Positions 10,901-19,208 of a DNA stretch of 59,105 bases are shown one piece after another; positions within the stretch are counted from its first letter, which is position 1, and the number at the start of each line of letters is the position of its first letter. A program made the position numbers and the translations under genes. Origin of the DNA: an uncultured Gammaproteobacteria bacterium (lineage in GTDB: Bacteria > Patescibacteriota > Patescibacteriia > 2-01-FULL-39-33); contig CAZHYS010000004.1 in assembly GCA_964536975.1 (NCBI GenBank), positions 10,760 through 69,864 of the forward strand. The letters are read 5' to 3'. The notes below the pieces were generated by a model. That model was not told the DNA's origin and ran no database searches. It saw nothing but the letters and a program-made list of their open reading frames with translations.

Positions 10901-13900
10901 CTCGCGATGCCTGTGTCAATGCGATGATCTCAGCCCGTTTTAGCAGAAATATGGCCGACACAACCATAAATTATTCCAATATTCTTGTCAAAAAATGCAA
11001 TCAGGGTCAGGGTAGCGCCTTTGATAAAAGCGCTTGCGAAGAGGTGGCTTATGATGATTTAAGAATCTTTGATTATAGCCATGAATGGTCGGAAATTACC
11101 CAATCATATTTAACCTCGGAGGAAATGCAGAATTTAATTTCCGATTTGCCGGAAGGATTTATTGTTTCACCGGCCGGTGGAAATCTAGAAGCGAATACCT
11201 GGTATCAGGTGGTTATTTTAGGCGGAGAGAATGGTGTTAGGGGAGCGACGAAAAACGAAGATCCTGAGGGTCGATTGGAAAAGCCAAACTGCGACGGCGA
11301 TGGCGATGGATCCTTTGATGATTATTGTTGGAAATTTCAAACCAGTCGGGAGAATTGCGATATTAACAGCGTAAACGTCGCGCCGCGAAATTTATTTATG
11401 CGCTATACGGACAGCAGTCAGGTTTATAATGCTTTTCCTCAGGCTGCCAATTGTAACTTGCTTAATCCTTATAGTTATATTTGGAATTGGCGTTCCTTAA
11501 TTTCTCTAAATGATGATGTTGGCGAAAATGATTCCGCGGGCGGCAGCGGCATATCGGTCGCTTCTATTTGCAGTGAGTCTGCCAGTTCATGTCAGATTGA
11601 CGATTATTCATCAGATCTGACCAGTCCTAAGGTTAAGGTTTTTGCTCAGGCGGAAGGAGAGACGAATATCAAGGCGCGGGCAGTCAATACTCGCGATGTC
11701 GATTGTTCTTGGAACGACGCGACCTGCGGGGATAAATGGAATTACGGAAAATTACAAGTCGGCTTTGGCGATTTGCGAGTCATTGATTATTCTCCCAGTA
11801 ATACCAAATGTTCTGATGCCGCCATTAGCATTAGCTTCAATATTGACGCCGATGTCGCGACAATAAAACCGAATGATAATCTCTTATTATATAAAGTCGG
11901 ATCATTTGAAAATGGTTCCGAAAGTTTGGTTTTGCAGGAATTAAGAGAAGACATTTATCCCGATTTCAATTATTCATCTTCGGTCAAAATTTCGCCGGCT
12001 GCCACGCTATCAACTGGTACTTATCGGGTAGTATTAAAAGGAGGAACAAAAGAAAATGGCGGCGTTATCGCTTGGAATGGGAAACGATTGGCAGATCTCA
12101 ATTACAATACTTCATCAGATGGCGCGGCTGAAGAATGCGAACCAGAACTTTACCCTTGGAATCAAAAATCAGGAACATGTTCTTCGGCAAGTTGTCTTTT
12201 AATCGGCAATTTGTGTGGCACCGATTCAGCCGAATGCGTTGCCGGATCTATTGATTGCGATAATGAGTGCCATAATTTAGGCAATAATAATGTTGCTTCT
12301 TGCGGCAATAAGGTAGTAGAGAAGGGAGAGGATTGCGATGATGGCAATATCAATAACAATGATGGCTGCAGTAGCGAGTGTCTGTGGGAGGGGTCAAATC
12401 AACGGTGGGGTTCTTTATGTTTGAACGGTGTCAAGGAATACGGTGAGGAGTGTGATTTTGGATCCCAGCAAGAGAACGAGGCAAAGGGTTGCAATTCTTC
12501 TTGTCTGTTTGAAACTGATCCGGAAGGCGACGCCGGCAGTCAGCCGTCAATGTCTGTGTGTGGCAATAATCGAATTGAGGCTGGCGAGGATTGCGATGAT
12601 GGCAATACTTCAAGCGGCGATGGCTGCAAAGGTACGGAAACAGGGCGAGGCTGCCTTAATGAGGGCTCGGATAAATGTTCGCTAACCAATAAGTCCGATT
12701 GTTGCGGCAATAAACAGCTGGAAACCGGCCAGCCGGATAGTTTTTCCTGGACTTTTGATGTTGATCAGCGGGAAGAGGTTTGCTATCCGGGAGCAACTAT
12801 AGACATTAATCCCTGTCCCAACGCGATTTGGCGGGTGATCTTTCCTCAAGGCATTGGCACCGCCAAAGTTACAATTCAGCAGGGATCAAACAGCGAGTCC
12901 AATCCTGATACCACAAAATGCGTCGCTGCGTCCGGACCGCAGAGTTTCTGGCAATCAGCCGTCAAAAAAATTAAAATTGCAATCAAGAAGGCATTTGGTC
13001 AGACAGTTTCCGCTGCCAATTATTGGTGCGCGGTTTCCGAAAAAAATTATAATTTTGACAACTTTGACAATGTTCATATTGACGCTGACGGTTTTGAAAT
13101 GATTGGTTATAAAAATGAAAACCAAGCTGCAATAGTCAACTACATCAAGGATGAAAGCTGGTCTTTAGGAGGAGAATATCGGATTGTGGTGGATTATGAC
13201 AATTATGGTTTATCTACCAAAACGATTACCAAGACGCTGACTGTTTTCTCTCCATCCAGCGGATACCTCAATAGTGACGGTAATTGCGCCTTGACCGGCG
13301 AAATAGTCAATATCTGGCCGGTCGGCGAGGAAAAATATACTGATAATTTTTTCTGCGATGACGATGATTGTGGCCAGGATGATTATGACAGGTATCTGAA
13401 AGATCAAAGCCCGGCGGCTGGCAATAACCATCTTTATCGCGCCTGGGCGATTAATGATAAAATTGAATTAAACAAAAAATATTTAATCAAGCCACAGGAA
13501 GGATTTATTTGGCAAATCGCGGCCACTATACCGTCCGGCCGTTTGAATCTAAGCAATTCAGCAGTTTCAGATACGGCTTATTTGGGTGATCAATGGTTGA
13601 CTTTGACTAAATCAGATTTGGACATTTATGATGCCAGCGGTTGGGCAAGTCTAAGAGTGGTAGCGGCTGAGAATTCGGATAACTATACCGAAAAGGACGT
13701 TGATATTAATGTTTTCTTGTGTGATAATCCGTGGCCGTATCCGGCATTTTTTCCTTTTGTAGATCAAGCCAATAATTGCACTTATTATAATGGCGGTACT
13801 TGCCTAAATACTAATTTTAAAACTTACTATTGTCGGGACAAAGGCGAAAGCGGTCCCCATGATGATTTACCCGCCATCGGCAACTTTGATTATGTTAGTA

Positions 13901-15561
13901 GAAAGATGGATGTCTCAGTCGTCGGTTTGAAAAAGAATATTTTGAAAGAGTTCTTCTTCCCGCGACTTTCTCCAGAAAAATTAAAAGACGATGCCAATTT
14001 TATGGACGGCAATATTCTGGGGTCGGGTCGTTTGATGCTGGTTGATGGTAAAGTCGGCAAAGCCGGAAAGTTTAATCTTGGCGTCGGAGAAGCGGCAATA
14101 GAAGTGCCGGGATTTTGGAACTATATTGATTCGGATGAAGGCAAGGTTGATAATTATGACGAACCAATCACCATTAGTGCCTGGGTAAAGGCGGGGGCGG
14201 CGGATCGGGTGGATTTCTGGGCTGATGGAAACTTCAATGAGGGATCGGCATATTACAATCGGACAACGGGGCAATTTATGATGAGTATGCATAATGTCGG
14301 TGCCAGTTTCAGTGTCGCTCCGGAAGATTTCGATAATTGGCATTTCATCGCCATGTCGGTTCCGGGGTTTGACCATGTTGGGGAGACGGCCAGTTTTTAC
14401 TTTGATGATAAATTGCAAACCAAGATTCAGGTGGCGCGCAATGACGAAATTTCCAGTGGCCCCGAGGATAGCTTACACTTGGGCTATAATCTTGGGGCGG
14501 GTATTTTTGATGGCGCAATTGACGAACTCAAAATACACAAAGCAATTCTGTCAAAAGACGAAATATATAATGGTTCTTCTCGGGGGTTGGTCGCTTATTA
14601 TTCCTTTGATAATCTATACGGCCAGACTGATAATTCTTCCGATACCATAGGCATTCGGGTAGCTCAGAACAATTATCATTATTCTCCGGCTTTGTGGTAT
14701 TTTGGTAATTTTGATACTAATCAGCAGGGCAACCCGAAAGAATCAGTGGTTGACAATTATCCAGCCATTGAAGAAGGACGCACTACTTATGTTGATGCCG
14801 CCGACCTTAACAATAATCGAGAGAAGATTTTTACCGATATCTATTTAGTTTCTTACAGTGAGGGAGCCGACAATGTTACTAAAGAAATTTATTCCTTGTT
14901 GGTTAAGTATTTAGGGTTCAATTTTGGCCACAGCGGAGAGGAAGATGGCGGCCTTATGGCAACCGGAGTTTGCAGCGGTAATGCCAATATAATATGCCGG
15001 ACAGACCGGGATTGCCAAGCGGAAAATTTTGGCTACTGCGACTCCACTAAGGCCAAGTTGACCAGAGACACTGTTCGTCTGGCTGACATTCAGGACGCGA
15101 ACTATCTATTGGAAACATATAAGTCCAAGAAACGTTGCAGTAATGATCAGTCGGTCTCGTGCTCCAATAACAGTCAGTGCTACGGAGGAGGGAGTTGCGG
15201 GGAATATTATCCTATTTTAAAGTCCGGCAGCTATGTCGTTGGGCGCAGCTTCAGCGTCTGGCCGTCATGGCAGGAGACGTTAGCTAAATTTTTGGGTTCG
15301 GTTTTGCCGACAGATCCGCTCAATCAATTGATTGGTTGCAGTAGTCCTTACGACGCCGTTACTTGCTGGAATGAAGTTACCAAATCAATGCAGTGTCCGA
15401 CTGGCGCTAACATCTATTCTTATTATGATAAAAATCAGGCGGGGACTTATTCGGGATTTAAAACAATCAATGAGTACTCTAATGACTGGGACAATGATTT
15501 TGATATTTTTACCGATTTGTCGTTGTTTAATTTTATTAACAGCGAGACGTGCCATCCATAA
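7942..15561 (+). CDS. 2539-aa giant surface protein: signal peptide, VirB2/TrbC-like pilin module, IPT/TIG, Big_5-like Ig domains, Myxococcus-type Cys-rich repeats, LamG-like domain, C-terminal type IV pilin/GspG-like domain
   Basis: PAALA|D site; pilin module; TIG motif GNYITIWGRYFG..PGEVRF; CGN..E.GEDCDDGN repeats; LamG motifs ITISAWVK, WHFIA, FDGAIDELKI; RDTVRLADI...YP...LPTDP. About 95 Cys by hand count. Confidence 0.82.
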   Translation: MKNLNKKNKRLTGLAVLLVVFIAVLYFIVPAALADDGSLENYGLDAASGFGLGSAGLVETIGNIIKIFLGLLGILAVLLVCYGGYLWMTASGDSAQIEKAKKIIIAAVIGLVIIFSAFAIASFVINQISNATGADGGDGGGGTNPPTPWELNSKYSYIGGVKDETIGEDGWSRSIGWNYAGDLSIPASAGLETKGYAKDTNNTIGTMEFHATPDSGSGFSLISNFNIPTDRNVIIDVYAPWDTSALNVGANPLAKIMVSAASDNFESKAVSTIVRPIHCFNNIQDVASGETGVDCGGECGACAGAPCDADTATPVCDADNSVCANGVCDIDAGCICAQLPEILYISPASDPNNDTNYDDPSTWDDDVANGAPGNYITIWGRYFGDEPGEVRFNDQLADLTLKDGCDDTWNYYQIVVEVPNLSAGDYNVQVFNEYGLGSNAKIFTINNINRPGICSAYNLTKYNSSAIKVSSGKDGEEVAAIGNSFPTTDAAGDFFWYFSTRTFDNASQTWSYNLVEHNNQNTAWNWDGDNNAKDYVPTNRRGRSSIRVYNIGSSQYSNYFKFLVSPGAAGDPCGYDSGLCSLDFDTCQEGLSCSGETCACQETPNICGDNLLGSQESCDIINGSYRFHENKALCSDYNLGAGQVSCTNNCQLDISKCEFSGELAAPASQSIYTWYFFTGYDDDPQPYVIEDCSRNRECSVGAKLPSPTPWSEGWNKQNYPYYDIDNPLSCLDVIVSARFNVQMDPKTINSDNIKVLKCDNIEGSNCIEVAGNLRLVSDNSGKEDDYFRFSPANPLSPNSWYKVVLRNGLNSLTGKSFRFNESDAEKVDHRHCQIAGVNGGSYNITDSVYCWNFQTRSSNDCEPGCAECSPDPHTMYWPLSTTGYLADIDSDDNVCLLLDPADYSWNWSTDKSAKLGINESNESATAVAIGETIYDKPNPYASLFAEMVGYGKKDFCRAYNDFTNPIVMEDASCSSGNIQSPTPWKDSRDACVNAMISARFSRNMADTTINYSNILVKKCNQGQGSAFDKSACEEVAYDDLRIFDYSHEWSEITQSYLTSEEMQNLISDLPEGFIVSPAGGNLEANTWYQVVILGGENGVRGATKNEDPEGRLEKPNCDGDGDGSFDDYCWKFQTSRENCDINSVNVAPRNLFMRYTDSSQVYNAFPQAANCNLLNPYSYIWNWRSLISLNDDVGENDSAGGSGISVASICSESASSCQIDDYSSDLTSPKVKVFAQAEGETNIKARAVNTRDVDCSWNDATCGDKWNYGKLQVGFGDLRVIDYSPSNTKCSDAAISISFNIDADVATIKPNDNLLLYKVGSFENGSESLVLQELREDIYPDFNYSSSVKISPAATLSTGTYRVVLKGGTKENGGVIAWNGKRLADLNYNTSSDGAAEECEPELYPWNQKSGTCSSASCLLIGNLCGTDSAECVAGSIDCDNECHNLGNNNVASCGNKVVEKGEDCDDGNINNNDGCSSECLWEGSNQRWGSLCLNGVKEYGEECDFGSQQENEAKGCNSSCLFETDPEGDAGSQPSMSVCGNNRIEAGEDCDDGNTSSGDGCKGTETGRGCLNEGSDKCSLTNKSDCCGNKQLETGQPDSFSWTFDVDQREEVCYPGATIDINPCPNAIWRVIFPQGIGTAKVTIQQGSNSESNPDTTKCVAASGPQSFWQSAVKKIKIAIKKAFGQTVSAANYWCAVSEKNYNFDNFDNVHIDADGFEMIGYKNENQAAIVNYIKDESWSLGGEYRIVVDYDNYGLSTKTITKTLTVFSPSSGYLNSDGNCALTGEIVNIWPVGEEKYTDNFFCDDDDCGQDDYDRYLKDQSPAAGNNHLYRAWAINDKIELNKKYLIKPQEGFIWQIAATIPSGRLNLSNSAVSDTAYLGDQWLTLTKSDLDIYDASGWASLRVVAAENSDNYTEKDVDINVFLCDNPWPYPAFFPFVDQANNCTYYNGGTCLNTNFKTYYCRDKGESGPHDDLPAIGNFDYVSRKMDVSVVGLKKNILKEFFFPRLSPEKLKDDANFMDGNILGSGRLMLVDGKVGKAGKFNLGVGEAAIEVPGFWNYIDSDEGKVDNYDEPITISAWVKAGAADRVDFWADGNFNEGSAYYNRTTGQFMMSMHNVGASFSVAPEDFDNWHFIAMSVPGFDHVGETASFYFDDKLQTKIQVARNDEISSGPEDSLHLGYNLGAGIFDGAIDELKIHKAILSKDEIYNGSSRGLVAYYSFDNLYGQTDNSSDTIGIRVAQNNYHYSPALWYFGNFDTNQQGNPKESVVDNYPAIEEGRTTYVDAADLNNNREKIFTDIYLVSYSEGADNVTKEIYSLLVKYLGFNFGHSGEEDGGLMATGVCSGNANIICRTDRDCQAENFGYCDSTKAKLTRDTVRLADIQDANYLLETYKSKKRCSNDQSVSCSNNSQCYGGGSCGEYYPILKSGSYVVGRSFSVWPSWQETLAKFLGSVLPTDPLNQLIGCSSPYDAVTCWNEVTKSMQCPTGANIYSYYDKNQAGTYSGFKTINEYSNDWDNDFDIFTDLSLFNFINSETCHP
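12298..12730 (+). repeat. Tandem Myxococcus-type cysteine-rich repeats (DUF4215/TIGR02232-like)
   Basis: CGNKVVEKGEDCDDGNINNNDGCSSEC, CLNGVKEYGEECD, CGNNRIEAGEDCDDGNTSSGDGC and CGNKQLE. Perfect 22-nt direct repeat gaggattgcgatgatggcaata at 12328-12349 and 12586-12607. Confidence 0.85.
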
Positions 15562-15592
15562 TCAGTAATAATTATTTTAATAAAGAATTTTT

Positions 15593-16297
15593 ATGTTTGA
15601 TAATCAACCTTTAAATCAAAATTCTCCGGTTAATAACGACAATCAGCCATGGCCGCCACAGGTTGAGGATATTTTTTCCAAAACCGATTCTAATGATCAA
15701 GGGCAAGTAGTCGGCCCTTCCAGACCGGGGCAGATCAATCAGCTGCCGTCAGCCATGTTTCCGGCAAACATGGAAGAGGATTTATTTGGGGGAAAAAGAA
15801 TAAATTTTTCAAAAATAATTTTGATGTTGGTCGGCGTGGTAATAGTCGGTGGAGTAGCTTTTGGCGGTTGGTGGATTTTTAATAATACTCTAATCGTCAA
15901 AAACAACAATCAGCCGACTAGCGGCGACTCCCCGTCAAATCAAAATCAGGCCAGTCAGCCCCCAACCAACAACGAAAACCCCGCGGCCGATATTAATGAA
16001 AACAACGATAATAGCGATAACCAGGATCAATCATCGGAGGCGCCTATCCAGGCATTAGATAGTGATAGTGACGGCCTTAGTGATTCGCGCGAAAATGACT
16101 TGGGCACTGACCCAAAAAATGCCGATTCTGACAATGACGGCCTCACTGATAGGGCAGAAGTGGAAATTTATAACACCGACCCCTTGAATGTTGATTCCGA
16201 TAGTGACGGTTATACAGACGGCCGGGAGGTCACTAACGGCTATGACCCGGCTCGACCAGGCAATGCCAGGCTTTACGATGTGCCAGTTAGTAATTAA
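15593..16297 (+). CDS. Bitopic membrane protein with three bacterial TSP3-type Ca-binding repeats
   Basis: TM segment IILMLVGVVIVGGVAFGGWWIF; N/Q/S/P-rich linker; DSDSDGLSD, DSDNDGLTD and DSDSDGYTD...GYDP. Confidence 0.85.
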   Translation: MFDNQPLNQNSPVNNDNQPWPPQVEDIFSKTDSNDQGQVVGPSRPGQINQLPSAMFPANMEEDLFGGKRINFSKIILMLVGVVIVGGVAFGGWWIFNNTLIVKNNNQPTSGDSPSNQNQASQPPTNNENPAADINENNDNSDNQDQSSEAPIQALDSDSDGLSDSRENDLGTDPKNADSDNDGLTDRAEVEIYNTDPLNVDSDSDGYTDGREVTNGYDPARPGNARLYDVPVSN

Positions 16298-16377
16298 AGT
16301 GAAAAAGCTTTTTCCGGTCGGATTTCGCATAGTCGTGCTTTTCGGCCGAAGGGAAAAATAAATAATTCTTTATCAAT

Positions 16378-17391
16378 ATGGAAGAAAAAAATCGTCCGAT
16401 GACTAAAATTAATTCTCAGCATGACAGCCAAGATGACATCTATGTGATGCCTCAAAAATTTAATCCCCAAAAAACAAAAGTGGCTACCGGAAGGGTCTTA
16501 TTGGCGGTAGTGGCTTTATTGTTATTAGCTTTAATCGTTGTTGCCGGATATTTTCTTTATAATTCTTGGCAAGAAAGGAAAACTGTCAGCACGCCGGAGG
16601 TTACCAGCAGTAAAACAACCAATAATTCAACCGTTGTCAATCAGACGGATCTGTTAATAGCAACAAGCACTTTATCGGGAGTAGACGCTACTTCCACCAC
16701 CGAGGAAATTGCTACTACCACCGAATCGGAATTTCCAACCCCAGGATCAAATACTGCAATCACTCTAATCGCTGCTGCCGACGCCGACAATGACGGCCTC
16801 ACTGATATTGAAGAAAGCGTCATTGGAACATCTGCCACAAAATTTGACTCTGATGGTGATGGCTTCGGGGACAAAAAAGAGCTTGATGACGGTTATAGCC
16901 CGGTCAAGTCTGGCGATGCAAAATTAGTAGACGATATTTTTATTAAAAAGTTCTATACTGATTTTACGGAAGATAATTTTATGATTATGTCCATAAATGA
17001 CTGGGCAGTCAATTCTATTGTCTCCATCAAGCAGGTTCGGATTACTGCCAGTACCGGCGAGGTGATAAAAATTTCGGTTTCGGATAATAGAGAGGGTGTT
17101 TCTCCTTTGAATTTATATTTGCAAAACAATCCAATGGCATCAATCGCTGATTTGGAAAGCTTGGATGCCAACGGCTTAACGGGTTTAATTTCGGCCGACG
17201 GTTTAAAAGCTTATCTAACCAATCAAAGCAGAAGCAAATTCTATATTATTGAATATCTGCCGGAAGGGGAAACCGATCTTTTTCGTTATCCTAATATTTT
17301 CAGAATGATAGTAAACAGCTTGGAGCCGGGCGCAAAGCCGGTCCAGATCAATCCCACCGTTCCTTCTACTACCACTAATTCGGCTTTGTAG
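16378..17391 (+). CDS. Bitopic membrane protein with two TSP3-type repeats and a C-terminal globular domain
   Basis: DDIYVMP motif, TM helix, Thr/Ser-rich linker, DADNDGLTD.EE..IGT and DSDGDGFGD..E..DGYSP. Confidence 0.82.
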   Translation: MEEKNRPMTKINSQHDSQDDIYVMPQKFNPQKTKVATGRVLLAVVALLLLALIVVAGYFLYNSWQERKTVSTPEVTSSKTTNNSTVVNQTDLLIATSTLSGVDATSTTEEIATTTESEFPTPGSNTAITLIAAADADNDGLTDIEESVIGTSATKFDSDGDGFGDKKELDDGYSPVKSGDAKLVDDIFIKKFYTDFTEDNFMIMSINDWAVNSIVSIKQVRITASTGEVIKISVSDNREGVSPLNLYLQNNPMASIADLESLDANGLTGLISADGLKAYLTNQSRSKFYIIEYLPEGETDLFRYPNIFRMIVNSLEPGAKPVQINPTVPSTTTNSAL

Positions 17392-17400
17392 AGTTCACTT

Positions 17401-17850
17401 ATGATCAAGCTGGAAATAAACAGACAATATCAGGTAAAAAAAATTTCTCAAGGTTGGCTGGAGACGGTAGTAAGGGTTTTTCAGCAGGAAGTTAAAATTT
17501 CCGGTCAATGGGATTTGTCGTTGGTTTTTGTTGACGAAGCAATAATTAGAAAATTCAACCGGCTTTATCGAAAAAAAAACAAATCCACTGATGTTTTGAG
17601 TTTTGAAGAGAAAAAAGACAATTTTATTCTGCCGGCCAATAGTCGTAGGAGTCTCGGAGAAATTATGATTTGTATTCCTGTTGCCAGAAGACAAGCAGTC
17701 AAATCAGGCGCTACTTTAAAGCAAGAGGTAACCAGATTATTCATTCATGGATTAGCTCATTTGGCGGGGTTTGAACATGAGGGAGTTTCAATGGCGGAGG
17801 CGAATAAGATGTTTTCCCTGGAAGAAAAGATTTGGCAAAAGCTATATTGA
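17401..17850 (+). CDS. ybeY: rRNA maturation endoribonuclease YbeY
   Basis: N..YRKKNKSTDVLSF, LGEIMIC, and HGLAHLAGFEH (H-x3-H-x5-H). Confidence 0.93.
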   Translation: MIKLEINRQYQVKKISQGWLETVVRVFQQEVKISGQWDLSLVFVDEAIIRKFNRLYRKKNKSTDVLSFEEKKDNFILPANSRRSLGEIMICIPVARRQAVKSGATLKQEVTRLFIHGLAHLAGFEHEGVSMAEANKMFSLEEKIWQKLY

Positions 17851-17890
17851 GGTGAACAAAAATTGTATTCATTGTTATTTTTATGAACAC

Positions 17891-17919
17891 TTGTTATTTT
17901 GGGGGTGGTTTATTATAAT
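17891..17919 (+). promoter_or_regulatory. Sigma70-type promoter for ftsA-X-ftsZ
   Basis: TTGTTA (17891-17896), 17 nt spacer, TATAAT (17914-17919). Confidence 0.5.
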
Positions 17920-17946
17920 AAAGAATCATAGTTATGGAATTTTCCC

Positions 17947-19191
17947 ATGCTTAAAGACAGCTTAATTACCGGCCTTGACATCGGTTCAACTACAATCAGG
18001 ATTGTGGTCGGACAAAAGTCAAAGCAGGACAATAAATTGAAGATAATCGGCGCTACCGAAGCACCCGCCCAGGGAATCAGCAAGGGCGTAGTTGTTAGCG
18101 TAGAAGACGCTGTTTCTTCTATTTCCTCCGCCTTGGAAAAAGTTGAGCGGATGGTCGGCCAGCCGATTGAGCACGCCTGGGTCGGTATTTCCGGCAGTCA
18201 TATTATCGCTCAAGAAAGCCGAGGAGTGGTTGCTGTTTCAAAGGCTGATGGCGAGATTCGTCCGGAAGATGTTGATAGGGTGATAGAGGCTGCCCGGGCA
18301 GTTGCGACTCCGCCTAATTATGAAATTCTCCATGTTATTCCCAAGAGCTTTACGGTTGATTCCCAGACAGGAATAAAAGATCCAATCGGCATGACCGGCA
18401 TTCGGCTGGAAGTGGAGACGCAGATAATCCAGGGTCTTAGCGCGCAGATAAAAAATCTGACCAAATGCATCTACCGAACCGGTTTGGATATTGATGACTT
18501 GATTTTATCGGTTTTGGCGACCGCGGAAAGCGTCTTGACCAATCGTCAGAAGGAATTGGGAGTCGCGGTAATAAATCTTGGCGGCGCTACCACTTCTCTG
18601 GCGGTTTTTGAAGAAAATGATGTTGTCCATACGGCGGTTCTGCCGGTGGGTTCTGAATACATAACCAATGATATCGCCATAGGATTAAGGATATCCATTG
18701 ACACTGCTGAGAAGATAAAAATCAGAATGGGGAGCTGTCTGCCGGAGAATTTTAAAAAGCAAGACGAGGAAAAATTTTCTAATATCGGGGGAATTGAAGA
18801 TGGCTCTTTTTCTAAAAAACAGGTAGCAGAAATTATTGAAGCCAGAACGGAAGAAATTATGGAGCGAGTAGATAAGGAATTAAAAAAAATTGGCAAATCC
18901 GGCATGTTGCCGGCCGGTGCCGTTATAACTGGGAATGGAGCAAAGTTAGAGGGAATAGTAGAAGTGGCTAAAAAAAATTTACGTCTGCCGGCGTCCTTGG
19001 GCTATCCGCAGGAGCTTATTTCCAGTTTAGATAAAATCGGCGATTTGTCATTTACTACTGCTACCGGTTTGGTATTGTGGGGCAGCCAGTTGCAAGGTGG
19101 CGGCGGGCATCATTTTTCACCACTAAGATTCGCGAGCAATAATAAAGCCGCCGGGCAGATTAAAAAGTGGATTAAATCCTTACTGCCTTAA
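17947..19191 (+). CDS. ftsA: Cell division protein FtsA
   Basis: GLDIGSTTI, GISKGVV, VINLGGATT, ITNDIAIGL, AVITGNGAKL, and a C-terminal amphipathic helix IKKWIKSLLP. Confidence 0.98.
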   Translation: MLKDSLITGLDIGSTTIRIVVGQKSKQDNKLKIIGATEAPAQGISKGVVVSVEDAVSSISSALEKVERMVGQPIEHAWVGISGSHIIAQESRGVVAVSKADGEIRPEDVDRVIEAARAVATPPNYEILHVIPKSFTVDSQTGIKDPIGMTGIRLEVETQIIQGLSAQIKNLTKCIYRTGLDIDDLILSVLATAESVLTNRQKELGVAVINLGGATTSLAVFEENDVVHTAVLPVGSEYITNDIAIGLRISIDTAEKIKIRMGSCLPENFKKQDEEKFSNIGGIEDGSFSKKQVAEIIEARTEEIMERVDKELKKIGKSGMLPAGAVITGNGAKLEGIVEVAKKNLRLPASLGYPQELISSLDKIGDLSFTTATGLVLWGSQLQGGGGHHFSPLRFASNNKAAGQIKKWIKSLLP

Positions 19192-19208
19192 ATATTTATA
19201 ACAATAAA

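Noticed and set aside
12328-12607. 22-nt direct repeat as CRISPR or DGR template/variable repeat
   Set aside because: There are only two copies, in frame within Cys-rich protein repeats, with no cas or reverse transcriptase genes and no A-specific mismatch pattern.
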